Below are positions 1 through 8,905 of a stretch of 64,000 nucleotides of DNA, in pieces. Each line of letters opens with the position of its first letter. Position 1 is the first letter of the stretch. The stretch covers positions 8,701 through 72,700 of the forward strand of contig CAZIJJ010000017.1 in the NCBI GenBank assembly GCA_964539525.1, in the 5' to 3' direction. The stretch is from an uncultured Planctomycetaceae bacterium (GTDB lineage Bacteria > Planctomycetota > Planctomycetia > Pirellulales > Thermoguttaceae). The notes under the pieces are model-generated. The model ran no database searches, was not told where the DNA came from, and was given only the letters and a program-made list of their open reading frames with translations. Position numbers and translations under genes: made by a program.

Positions 1-474
1 GCGCGTTTGCCCGGCTTTCTGGTTGGTTTCCGAGTAAACCTTTTCCTTAAAATCGACCATATTTTGAACGTTTTGCTGCTCGCAGAAGGGCAAGATCAGC
101 GCGCCCCAGCCGAAATAGTTGCCGGCGTTCGTTCCGTCGGCTTGCGGATCGGAGAGTTTGCCCGGCGGAAACGAGCCGATCGTGTCGGCGTAATTCAGCG
201 ACGCGATCCCGATTTGCCGCATGTTGCTCGAACACGACATGCGCCGCGCCGCTTCGCGCGCCGCCTGAACCGCCGGAAGGAGAAGGCCGATCAGGATCCC
301 GATGATCGCGATAACAACGAGCAACTCGACCAACGTGAAGCCGCCGAGACGAGCGGAAAAGGTCGGGTTTTTAAGGACGTTTGAAAAGTTTGAAATTCGT
401 CGCGAGTTTTCTTGGCGCGACGTTGCCGAAAGGGAAGCGGCGAAACGATCCGCTTCGATGTTGAAAGAACGCAT
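1..474 (-). CDS. DUF1559 / prepilin-type N-terminal cleavage-methylation domain protein (type II secretion pseudopilin-like); 3' end lies outside the window
   Basis: Missing from the ORF track because it runs off the left edge. Manual minus-strand translation from ATG 474..472 (AGGAGA 8 nt upstream) gives [45 protein letters not shown]|[78 protein letters not shown]. This is the prepilin [10 protein letters not shown] motif plus the DUF1559 core. ORF 7..384(+) is its shadow. Confidence 0.85.
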   Translation of the reverse strand, partial: MRSFNIEADRFAASLSATSRQENSRRISNFSNVLKNPTFSARLGGFTLVELLVVIAIIGILIGLLLPAVQAAREAARRMSCSSNMRQIGIASLNYADTIGSFPPGKLSDPQADGTNAGNYFGWGALILPFCEQQNVQNMVDFKEKVYSETNQKAGQTR

Positions 475-542
475 GGGAGACGTCTCCTGTCGTTTTCCGA
501 CTCGCGGCGCGATTCCGAGCGGCGTCGAAAGGACGCGGCTTT

Positions 543-582
543 GTTATTTAGCGTTGAGGAAATGCTTGCGACGCTAAATAAC
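543..582. repeat. perfect 12-bp inverted repeat GTTATTTAGCGT-N16-ACGCTAAATAAC
   Basis: Arms at 543..554 and 571..582 are exact reverse complements. It lies about 70 bp upstream of the DUF1559 start and has no flanking U-tract. Confidence 0.6.
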
Positions 583-1354
583 GGAAATCGGCGAGCGTTC
601 GAGTCGGGAAAAGAAAAAAACGGAGCGACTCTTGAGACTAACGGGTTTCGACCCGAATCGACGCGCCGTCCATCGCGGCTGACGTTCGATTTTGAGATTC
701 TCCGAGAAAACCTCAAAGACGCGGGAAGGTCTTCCGACTGACGGAATCCTTTTTTCCGGTCTTCTCAACGCGAAAAATCGGCGGTCGCGGACGGACTTTT
801 GAAAACGTTTTAAACGACGCAAAATTTCAAAAACGTCGCGGCAACGGAAAGGCGTCGCGCCGTTCGGCGGAAATCGGTCGTTTTTAACGTTGTCGTGTCG
901 GCGCCGCGAAGGGCCGAAGCGCGTCAATGACGGCGACGCGAACGCTCCCGAAACAAGGAAGAGGCGCGGAAAATTTCGATCGAAAAATTCGGCGTTTTTT
1001 CGAAAAAAACGTTCGCGAAGGGAAAAAAGTTGAAAACGCGGTCTTCTCGACCGTTCGTCGAGCGCGCGTTTTCTCCGAACACGGCGGCGAGGACCGTTCC
1101 GGATTTGCGCCGGATTCCCTGTTGCGCGAGTCTTGCGACCCGCCGCCCGCGTCCTCAAAAAGCCGACGTTCGCGAAATTCGGTTCGGAGGCGGAGCGCGT
1201 CGAGCGCCGCCGTATTCGTTCGCGAACGAGCCGAGCGTCGAGACGACGGGGCCGCGTTCTCGAACGAGCGCGAACGTCCCCGATATTATGCCTCAAGTTT
1301 TCGTTTTGTCAAGCGGGGGGGAAAAAGCGGCTTCGGCGGCGTCGAACTCCGCCG

Positions 1355-1834
1355 TTAAGAGGGATTTTCTTCGGCGGTGGCGAGACGTTCGAGTTCCGCG
1401 GCGAGTTTGTACTGCTTGATTTTGTTGTACATCGTTTTTTCGCTTACGCCGAGTTTGCGGGCCGCGAGGCGACGACAACCTCGACAGGCGACGAGCGTTT
1501 CGAGAAAAGCGAGCCGTTCGATCTGCGGCAACGTCAAACCGGCGAGTCCGCGAGCGGCGGTCGGCGAAACGGCGGCGCGATCCGACGAGTGAAAAGAGAC
1601 TGAAGCGAGGCGCGTTTGAGCGAGCGGCGGCGGCAACAGTTTGTCGGCGACCGAAACGCAGGACGTTTCGGTCTCGACGTCGCCGGACAGGCGGTAAACG
1701 GAACGAAGGGAAACGCTGGAAATTTCGGACGCGGCGCGTTCGCGACAAGGCGGTTCGTCGGTTTCGGCGGGACAAGAAGCGGTTAAAACTTGCGGCGGGA
1801 TATAGTTGCGCGAAAAACGGTCGAAGGAGTTCAT
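1355..1834 (-). CDS. small Fis-type helix-turn-helix (HTH_8) DNA-binding protein without an AAA+ or receiver module
   Basis: 159-aa ATG ORF. The C-terminal LAGLTLPQIERLAFLETLVACRGCRRLAARKLGVSEKTMYNKIKQYKL closely matches the HTH of the NtrC-like protein at 11094..12623. The N-terminal ~100 aa carry no motif I recognise. Confidence 0.65.
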   Translation of the reverse strand: MNSFDRFSRNYIPPQVLTASCPAETDEPPCRERAASEISSVSLRSVYRLSGDVETETSCVSVADKLLPPPLAQTRLASVSFHSSDRAAVSPTAARGLAGLTLPQIERLAFLETLVACRGCRRLAARKLGVSEKTMYNKIKQYKLAAELERLATAEENPS

Positions 1835-1934
1835 GGGAAATCATCGGGTGGGCGGAGCGAACGGAAAATCTTGCGTTCGAAGAGCAAAAGTAGTCGACGG
1901 CGCGGCAATAGATAATGAATCGAATAAATTTTTT

Positions 1935-1940
1935 ATTATA
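1935..1940 (-). promoter_or_regulatory. candidate -10 box (TATAAT on minus strand) for the HTH gene
   Basis: ATTATA on the plus strand inside an AT-rich island (about 1860..2130), about 100 nt upstream of ATG 1834. Confidence 0.35.
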
Positions 1941-2350
1941 TCGAACATATTTGGCGAATTTTTGCGGTTTTGTTGAAAATGTCGAATCGGAGGTCTGTGC
2001 AAACGGTTTAATTGGAATAAACGGAGAGGGTGAGGCGGTTAAAATAGATTTTAGGAGTTAAGAAAAAGAGAAAATTTAAGAAAAATGCGTTGAAGGAAAA
2101 GCGCGTTCGTTTATCAAAAAACGAGAATTTAGGCTTTTTGCGGCGAAACGTCGGATAGCGTAAAAAACGACGAATCGAGAAAATGCGCGGAAGAAAAGGC
2201 GTCGATAAAAAGCGGCGTCGACGCCGAATAAAGAAGTCGCGAAGTTTGCGAATAAAAGGTAAATTGAGAGCGCGCCCGTCTTTTCGCCGAACGTCGAACG
2301 CCGCCGCGGAACAAAATCGGCGTTTTTTCGGCGCGTTTCGACGATTCAAC

Positions 2351-2379
2351 TTGACCCGACGCGTTTTTTCGCCTACAAT
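2351..2379 (+). promoter_or_regulatory. sigma70-type promoter TTGACC-N17-TACAAT upstream of lemA
   Basis: The hexamers at 2351..2356 and 2374..2379 have exactly 17-nt spacing, about 120 nt upstream of ATG 2502. Confidence 0.55.
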
Positions 2380-2501
2380 TAGGAAGAAAAGCGGGGGAAA
2401 CTTCGCGCCGCGCCGACGTCGGTTCGGAGCGGTCGAGAAAAGACGAATCGCGTCGAGAGCGGGAACGCCGGGCTCGACGAAAAAAAAAGGAGAAACGGAA
2501 A

Positions 2502-3095
2502 ATGGCGTTGAGCGGATTAGCGATCGCGGGGATCGTCGTCGCGGCGGTCGCCGTTTGGGCTATTAGCGCTTACAACGGGCTCGTAACGGCGCGAAACCGT
2601 TACAAAAACGCGTTCGCGCAGATCGACGTGCAGTTGAAGCGGCGGTACGATCTGATCCCGAACCTGGTCGAGTCGGTCAAAGGGTACTTGAAGCACGAGT
2701 CGCAAACGCTCGAGTCGGTGGTCGCCGCTCGAAACGCCGCGATGGGCGCGAATCAGGCCGCCGCCGCTCAGCCGGGCGATCCGAGCGCGATGCGTCGACT
2801 GGCCGGAGCGGAGGGGGAACTCGCCGGAGCGCTCGGGCGTTTGTCGGTCGTTTGCGAAGCGTATCCCGATTTGAAGGCGAACCAAAACGTTCTCGCGCTC
2901 CAAGAGGAGTTGACGTCGACCGAGAATAAGATCGGGTTTGCGCGGCAAAATTTCAACGATTCGGCGACGACTTACAACACGAAGCGCGAAACCTTTCCGA
3001 CGAATATCATCGCTGGGATGTTCAACTTCGGCGAAGCGTCGCTCTTCGAAATTACGAACGAAGCGGAAAAAGCGGCGCCGAAAATCTCGTTCTGA
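2502..3095 (+). CDS. lemA: LemA family membrane protein
   Basis: 197 aa. An N-terminal TM helix is followed by YNGLVTARNRYKNAFAQIDVQLKRRYDLIPNLVESVKGYLKHE, the LemA signature. AAGGAG lies about 9 nt upstream. Confidence 0.9.
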   Translation: MALSGLAIAGIVVAAVAVWAISAYNGLVTARNRYKNAFAQIDVQLKRRYDLIPNLVESVKGYLKHESQTLESVVAARNAAMGANQAAAAQPGDPSAMRRLAGAEGELAGALGRLSVVCEAYPDLKANQNVLALQEELTSTENKIGFARQNFNDSATTYNTKRETFPTNIIAGMFNFGEASLFEITNEAEKAAPKISF

Positions 3096-3193
3096 CGGAG
3101 CGAGCGGCGCAACGGCGCGGAGCCGCCGTCGACGACGGAACGCGAACCGGCGCCCTTAATTAATATTAATGGGGCCGTCGTATTAATTAGCCG

Positions 3194-3207
3194 TAATTAA
3201 TAGGGCG
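3194..3207 (+). promoter_or_regulatory. AT island with TAATTAATAGGGCG (possible internal promoter for the M48 gene) and inverted repeat ATTAATTA-GCCG-TAATTAAT
   Basis: The AT-rich 3156..3207 stretch sits in a GC-rich spacer. It resembles the TATAATAAGGGCG element at 32793 and 38967. The inverted repeat is at 3182..3201. Confidence 0.3.
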
Positions 3208-3318
3208 AAAACGGTTCGCGACAAACGGCGTCGCTCCGACGCTTGCGACGCGTCGGGGCAAACAGGCGAAAAAGAACGCGGCGACGGAACGGCTCGACGC
3301 GAACGAACGGAACGAACG

Positions 3319-5310
3319 ATGAATTTTTTCGAACGGCAGGATCAAGCGCGCGGACGAACGAGACTTCTGGTTTTCCTCTTTTGCGTCGCTCTTTTTTTAA
3401 CCTTTGCGGCGGTTCTCGCGCTGGTCGCCTGGTTTGCGGCGGCGGGTTCCGGCGCGTCGGCGACGGGCGCGACGACGGAAGAGCTTTTCGTTCTTTATTT
3501 GACGGATCCGTCGTTGATCGCGGGCGTCGGGCTCTTCGCAACGCTCTTGATCGGCGGCGGGTCGCTCTTTAAAATTTGCGAACTCAAAGCGATGGGCGCC
3601 GACGGCGTCGCGGTCGCGCTCGGCGGAACGCGGATCGCTCGAACGGCGACCAATCCGGCCGAGCGGCGGTTTTACAACATCGTCGAGGAAATGTCGATCG
3701 CGTCCGGCGTTCCGGTTCCGAACGTTTACGTGTTGCGGGCGGAAAAGTCGATCAACGCCTGCGCGATCGGCGGCGATCCGGAGTCGTCGGCGATCGCCGT
3801 TACCAAAGGCGCGCTTCGGGCGTTGACCCGCGACGAGCTCCAGGGCGTCGTCGCGCACGAATTCGGCCACCTGCTCAACGGCGACGTGAAGATAAACATG
3901 CGGCTGATCGGCGTCCTTTTCGGGTTGCAAATGTTGACGCTGCTTGGGATCGGTATTTTCCGCTCGGCTTTTTGGCTGTCGTTGGTTCGTTCGTCCGACG
4001 ACGAGCGCAAGGTCGCGCTGGGGATCGCCGTCGCGGCTTGGTTCTTCGCGATCGGGCTGATCGTTATCGGCTCGATCGGCGTTTTTTTCAGCAGCGTGAT
4101 TCGGGCGGCGATTTCGCGGCAACGGGAATTTTTAGCGGACGCGTCGGCGGCGCAGTTTACGCGGAATCCGGCGGCCCTTGCCGGAGCGTTGAAGAAGATC
4201 GGCGGGCTGGCCGCCGGTTCTCGGGTGAACGCGCCCCGGTCGGCGGAGATGGCGCACCTCTTCTTCGGATCCGTTTTTTCCGGCGGTTGGACGGAGGCGC
4301 TTTTCAGAACGCACCCGGATTTGGTCGAGCGGATTCGACGGCTCGAGCCGACGTTCGACGGGCGGTTCCCGAAGGTCGTCGGAAACGAGGGCGACGACGG
4401 GCTGTTCGGCAGTTTTTTCGGCGACAAGCAGGCGTCGTTGGTCGATTCGGTCGGGACTTTTTCCAAGACTGTTTGGCGAAAGGCCGCGGCGTCGGCGGCG
4501 GCGTTGATCGATTCGATCGGGACGCAAACGGCGGAAAGACTCGACGTCGCCGAACGTTTGTTGGCTCAAACGCCGCCGGAGATCGCGGCGTTGGCGGGCG
4601 ATTTCGACGGGGCCCGGGCCGTTTTTTACGCGCTGTTGCTCGACAGACGCGCCTCGATCCGCGTCTTGCAGTTCGAGGCGATCCGGCGTTTCGAAGGCAA
4701 ACGGCTCGACGCGACGATCGAAGCGGCGTCGCGAACGCTTTACGGGCTTTCTTTTTCGACGCGGGCGACGGTCGCCCGTTTGACCGTTCCGGCGTTGAAG
4801 TCGGCGACGATCGGACGTTATCGAGCGTTTCGCGAGACGGTTCTCGCTCTTTGCGCGGCGGACGGTTCGCTCGATTTGTTCGAGTACGCGTTGCAGGCGT
4901 CGGTAATTCGCGAGTTGGACGTTTATTTTCGGCTGTCGAAGGGAACGAAAATCCGGTTTTCGCGTTTCGCCGACGTTTGCGAGCCGTTCCGGATCGTCCT
5001 GTCGTTCCTGGCGAGCGAAGGTTCCGGGGGCGACGTCGACGCCGAGCGCAAGGCGTTCGAGGAAGGCGCGGCGGCTTTTAATTTGGCGTTCGAACCGACT
5101 CCGCCCGAAGCGCGGACGCTGGGGGCGTTCAGCCGCGCGCTCAACGATTTGGCGCAGGCGACGCCGATTTTGAAACAAAAATTGTTGACGGCGTTTTATC
5201 GTTGCGTCGCGGCGGACGGCGTCGTCGTCGAGCGGGAGGGCGAGTTGCTCGAAGCGATAACGGCCGCGCTCGGCGTTCCCGCGCCCGTTTGGGAGCGTTG
5301 GACGCGTTGA
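3319..5310 (+). CDS. M48 family (HtpX/Ste24-like) zinc metallopeptidase with a long C-terminal extension
   Basis: 663 aa. N-terminal TM helices. HEFGH zinc motif encoded at 3856..3870. More TM helices follow the catalytic core. About 330 aa of C-terminal region end in FYRCVAADGVVVEREGELLEAITAALGVP (TerB/DjlA-N-like flavour, low confidence). Confidence 0.85.
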   Translation: MNFFERQDQARGRTRLLVFLFCVALFLTFAAVLALVAWFAAAGSGASATGATTEELFVLYLTDPSLIAGVGLFATLLIGGGSLFKICELKAMGADGVAVALGGTRIARTATNPAERRFYNIVEEMSIASGVPVPNVYVLRAEKSINACAIGGDPESSAIAVTKGALRALTRDELQGVVAHEFGHLLNGDVKINMRLIGVLFGLQMLTLLGIGIFRSAFWLSLVRSSDDERKVALGIAVAAWFFAIGLIVIGSIGVFFSSVIRAAISRQREFLADASAAQFTRNPAALAGALKKIGGLAAGSRVNAPRSAEMAHLFFGSVFSGGWTEALFRTHPDLVERIRRLEPTFDGRFPKVVGNEGDDGLFGSFFGDKQASLVDSVGTFSKTVWRKAAASAAALIDSIGTQTAERLDVAERLLAQTPPEIAALAGDFDGARAVFYALLLDRRASIRVLQFEAIRRFEGKRLDATIEAASRTLYGLSFSTRATVARLTVPALKSATIGRYRAFRETVLALCAADGSLDLFEYALQASVIRELDVYFRLSKGTKIRFSRFADVCEPFRIVLSFLASEGSGGDVDAERKAFEEGAAAFNLAFEPTPPEARTLGAFSRALNDLAQATPILKQKLLTAFYRCVAADGVVVEREGELLEAITAALGVPAPVWERWTR

Positions 5311-5323
5311 CCCGAAGTTAACG

Positions 5324-5360
5324 ACCGCCGTCGAGACGCGTTTTCGACGGCGGTTTTTTT
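5324..5360 (+). terminator. intrinsic terminator after the M48 gene
   Basis: Perfect 11-bp stem ACCGCCGTCGA / TCGACGGCGGT, 9-nt loop, then T7. Confidence 0.85.
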
Positions 5361-5688
5361 GCGGCGGTTCGGGCGCTTTAACTTGTTTTGCGACGCGGTT
5401 AATCGAAAATCGTTCTCGTTGCGACGCGGCGAAAATCGGCGGAACGAACCCGGTTTTCGCTCGTTTTTCTTCTTTCGCTATTTCTTGTATTTTGCTTATT
5501 TTGCCCGTTTTGCGACGCGGCGGGGAACGGGGCGGGAAATTTTTTCGCTTTTTTGTCGATTTTCGGCGCTTTGCGCTTGAAATTCCGGCTCCGACGGGGA
5601 AAATAGGGGGGAGGCCCGGGCGTTCGTCGAGCGCGCCGGACTTTCGATCGATTTTTGCTTCATTTTTAGGTTTTGTAAGAGGAAAATA

Positions 5689-6639
5689 ATGGACAGAAGA
5701 ACTTTTTTAGCGTTGGGGCTCGCCGCGCCGTTGGCGTTCAAGTCGGGGTTGGTCGCGCCGAAATGGGCGTTCGCCGCCGAGGACGACGCGATCGAAGTTT
5801 CGTTCGCCGCCGATCCGAACGCTCCGAAGGTAACGATGTGGCAAACGCCGCGTCAATCCTTTTCGCAGATGATGGGGTACGTTTTCCAAACCGATACGGG
5901 CGAAACGATCGTTTTCGACGGCGGAACGGCCGCCGACGCCGAGTATTTGACCGCGTTGTTGCAAAAGCGTTGCGGCGGAAAAGTCGACGCTTGGATCATG
6001 ACGCACGCGCACTCCGACCACTTCGGCGCGTTTTGCGAAATTATGGAGAAAAAACCGGACGCGCTCGATATTAAGACGCTTTATTTCAACTTCCCGGAAC
6101 AAAGTTGGCTCGATAAATACGAAGCCTACTGCAAAGAGGACACGAAGCGTTTCTTCGACGCCTGCAAGCTTTTCAAGGGCGAAACGGCGACGCCGAAACC
6201 GGGCGACGTCCTGAAATTCGGCGCGGCGACGATCGAAACGCTCAACGATTTCGACGAATCGCTGACGATGAACGCGATCAACAACTCGTCGATCGTCTTC
6301 CGTCTCGATCTCGCCGGGAAGTCGCTCCTGATGCTCGGCGACCTGGGAATCGAGGGCGGAAATCGCGTCCTGAAAAACGTTCCGAAAGAAAAAATCGACG
6401 CCGATTTCGTTCAGATGGCGCACCACGGGCAGCAGGGCGTTACGAAGGAGTTTTACGAAGTCGCGTCGCCGGTCGTTTGCCTTTGGCCGACGCCGGATTG
6501 GCTTTGGGACAACAACGCCGGAGGCAAGGGGAAAAACACCGGCCCCTGGAAGACGCTCGAAACGCGCGCTTGGATGGAGGAAATGGGCGTCGACAAGCAT
6601 TACGTTTCGAAGGACGGCTTGATTAAGTTGACGTTCTAA
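5689..6639 (+). CDS. MBL-fold metallo-hydrolase, probably Tat-exported
   Basis: 316 aa. MDRRTFLALGLAAPLAF is a twin-arginine-type signal. HAHSDH is the HxHxDH metal motif. Confidence 0.8.
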   Translation: MDRRTFLALGLAAPLAFKSGLVAPKWAFAAEDDAIEVSFAADPNAPKVTMWQTPRQSFSQMMGYVFQTDTGETIVFDGGTAADAEYLTALLQKRCGGKVDAWIMTHAHSDHFGAFCEIMEKKPDALDIKTLYFNFPEQSWLDKYEAYCKEDTKRFFDACKLFKGETATPKPGDVLKFGAATIETLNDFDESLTMNAINNSSIVFRLDLAGKSLLMLGDLGIEGGNRVLKNVPKEKIDADFVQMAHHGQQGVTKEFYEVASPVVCLWPTPDWLWDNNAGGKGKNTGPWKTLETRAWMEEMGVDKHYVSKDGLIKLTF

Positions 6640-6667
6640 CGGCGAAACGAACGCGTTTGCCGGTTTT
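6640..6667 (+). terminator. probable intrinsic terminator after the MBL hydrolase gene
   Basis: CGGC(G)AAACG-AACG-CGTTTGCCG forms a 9-bp stem with one bulge, then GTTTT. Confidence 0.5.
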
Positions 6668-6862
6668 AACGGCGCGTCGAGAGCGGCGCTCGACGGCGGG
6701 GCGGGGGCGTTCCGTCGGGTCGGGCGTCGCTAGGGGCGTTTCTTGCGTTCGGCGGAACCGTTCCGTCGGCGCGTCGTTTAAGTAATAACGGCGAAAACGG
6801 CGAGCGCTTCGCGTCGAGGAAAGCGTCCGATTTCGGCGAACGAGAGCGAAGGAGATCGAAAA

Positions 6863-8827
6863 ATGACCGAACGACCGACGAACGACGGGCCCGTTTCCGA
6901 CCGTCGCGAAGAACTTTGCGGACGAACGCTCGGAGATTATCGGATCGAACGGCGCGTCGGCGGAGGCGCGACGTCCGACGTCTTTTGGGCGACGCAACTT
7001 TCGCTCGGGCGCCCGGTCGCGCTGAAAATTTTGAAGGACGAGCTGGCTCGCGACGAGACGTATTTGCGGCGTTTCCTGCAGGAGGCGCGGGTCGCGGCGC
7101 GTTTGGAGCATCCGAACATCGTTCGCGTGTACGAGATCGGATCGGCGACGCTCGAAGGCGGAACGCGGCGCGATTTTGAAATCGAGTCGTTGGCGGACGG
7201 CGCGAAACGTCGGCGGGAGCGGCGGCGGAGAAGGCGGCGTCGCGGCGACGCGCCGAAAACGTATCGTTTCGTCGCGCAGGAATACGTCGAGGGAATGAGT
7301 CTGCAACGGTTTCTGCGAGGCGGCGCGCAAGCGTCGATTCCGCAAACGTTTTCGGCGCTCGAGCAGATCGCGGCGGCGCTCAAGCGAGCGGCGGACGCGG
7401 GCGTCGTGCATCGCGACGTCAAGCCGGAAAACGTGTTGCTCGACGCGACCGGGACGATTAAAGTCGTCGATTTCGGGCTGGCGCGGCTCGACGCTTCGCT
7501 GGGCGCGACGGCGGCGACGTTGACGCGAACCGGCGTCGCGCTCGGAACGCCCCTTTATATGAGTCCGGAGCAGGCGCGGGGCGAAAAAATCGATTCTCGT
7601 TCCGATATTTATTCGCTCGGGATCGTCGCGTATCGGATGCTGACCGGGACGACTCCCTTTAACGGCGACGCGCCGTTGGCGGTGATTTTAAAGCATTTGA
7701 ACGAAAGCCCGCGTCCGATCGAGGAGTCGCGGCCGGACGCGCCGCCGGCGTTGGTCGCGTTGATTCGGCGAATGATCGAAAAGAAGCCGAGCGATCGTCC
7801 GGAGACGCCGGACGCGCTTTTGGCCGCGTTGCGAGCGGCGCGGCTCGAATACGAGCGTTCGCTCGAGGCGGGCGCGTCGACTCAAACGGCGTTCGACCTG
7901 GCGTCCGCGGCGGAGCGAAACGGCGGCGAAAGCGGATTTTTCGCGTCGGAGGGCGAGCGGGAGGCGTTCGAACGGGCGCTCGAAACGACGAATTTGACGC
8001 GCGTTTGGCAATCGGATCGAGCGAAGTTGCGGACGGTTCGCGCCGAATTGGCGAAGCGTTGGACGCGTCGCGGCGTCGCGGCGACGGCGGCGGCGTTTCT
8101 TGGGGCGGCGTGTTGCGGCGCGGCGGCGACGGCGGCGAAAAACCGTTGGGTCGAGTCGCGAACGACCGAGCCGCCGTCGACGATCCGACGTTTCGAAACG
8201 GTCGAGGAGCAATGGGTTTTCGCGTTGAACACCGGAACGGTCGACGCCTGGCGGAGCGTCGGCGAGTATTTCCCGAGCGACGCGTATTGGGCGAGCCGCG
8301 CGGAGCGTCAGTTGGCGTTGGCGTATTTGGCCGAGAAAAACGTTCCGGAAGCGCGGGCGATTTTCGAACGGATCGCGGCGAATCCCGGCGCCGGGCGCGA
8401 TTCCGACGCGTTCGGATTGGCCGGGCTCGCCTGGTGCGACGCGCTCGACGGGGATTGGAACGCCGCGGTCGCGACGGTTTCGGAGTTGCGAACGGCGCGA
8501 ACGACCGGATTCGACCGCTTGACGGAGTTCGCGTTGGCGAAAACGGAGGAACTGGCGCGGAAGCAAACGGGCGTCGAGGCGCCGCGCGGTTTCGGCGGGC
8601 CGGGCGGAAAGGACGGGCGCGGCGGGGGGCCTGAGAGCGGGCCGAACGAGCGATCGAAACGCGGTTTCGGCGGGCCGGGCGGAAAAACGAACGGCTCCGC
8701 CGCGAAATTCGAGCGTCGCGAACGGCCGGAGTTCGGTTGGAACGGCGACGAAAACGATTTCCGGAGGAAACGAACGGACGAAGAAATTCGAGCGCCCGGC
8801 GTCGAGATCGGCGAAACGTCGAGTTGA
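6863..8827 (+). CDS. Hanks-type serine/threonine protein kinase with TM segment and TPR-like extracytoplasmic C-terminal region
   Basis: 654 aa. VALKIL, HRDVKPENVLLD, DFGLAR and YMSPEQ motifs. A TM helix VAATAAAFLGAACCGAAATAA. The C-terminus carries duplicated GFGGPGGK. GAAGGAG lies upstream of the ATG. Confidence 0.9.
   Translation: MTERPTNDGPVSDRREELCGRTLGDYRIERRVGGGATSDVFWATQLSLGRPVALKILKDELARDETYLRRFLQEARVAARLEHPNIVRVYEIGSATLEGGTRRDFEIESLADGAKRRRERRRRRRRRGDAPKTYRFVAQEYVEGMSLQRFLRGGAQASIPQTFSALEQIAAALKRAADAGVVHRDVKPENVLLDATGTIKVVDFGLARLDASLGATAATLTRTGVALGTPLYMSPEQARGEKIDSRSDIYSLGIVAYRMLTGTTPFNGDAPLAVILKHLNESPRPIEESRPDAPPALVALIRRMIEKKPSDRPETPDALLAALRAARLEYERSLEAGASTQTAFDLASAAERNGGESGFFASEGEREAFERALETTNLTRVWQSDRAKLRTVRAELAKRWTRRGVAATAAAFLGAACCGAAATAAKNRWVESRTTEPPSTIRRFETVEEQWVFALNTGTVDAWRSVGEYFPSDAYWASRAERQLALAYLAEKNVPEARAIFERIAANPGAGRDSDAFGLAGLAWCDALDGDWNAAVATVSELRTARTTGFDRLTEFALAKTEELARKQTGVEAPRGFGGPGGKDGRGGGPESGPNERSKRGFGGPGGKTNGSAAKFERRERPEFGWNGDENDFRRKRTDEEIRAPGVEIGETSS
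8586..8685 (+). repeat. 25-bp direct repeat (GCGGTTTCGGCGGGCCGGGCGGAAA) x2 inside the kinase 3' end
   Basis: Identical copies at 8586..8610 and 8661..8685. Each encodes RGFGGPGGK. Confidence 0.8.
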
Positions 8828-8905
8828 CGGCGGCGATTGACGGAAATTTGAAGCAAAAATTGTTTGCAAACGAAAAAAACGGAAAACAAAAACAACGGAG
8901 GAGCG

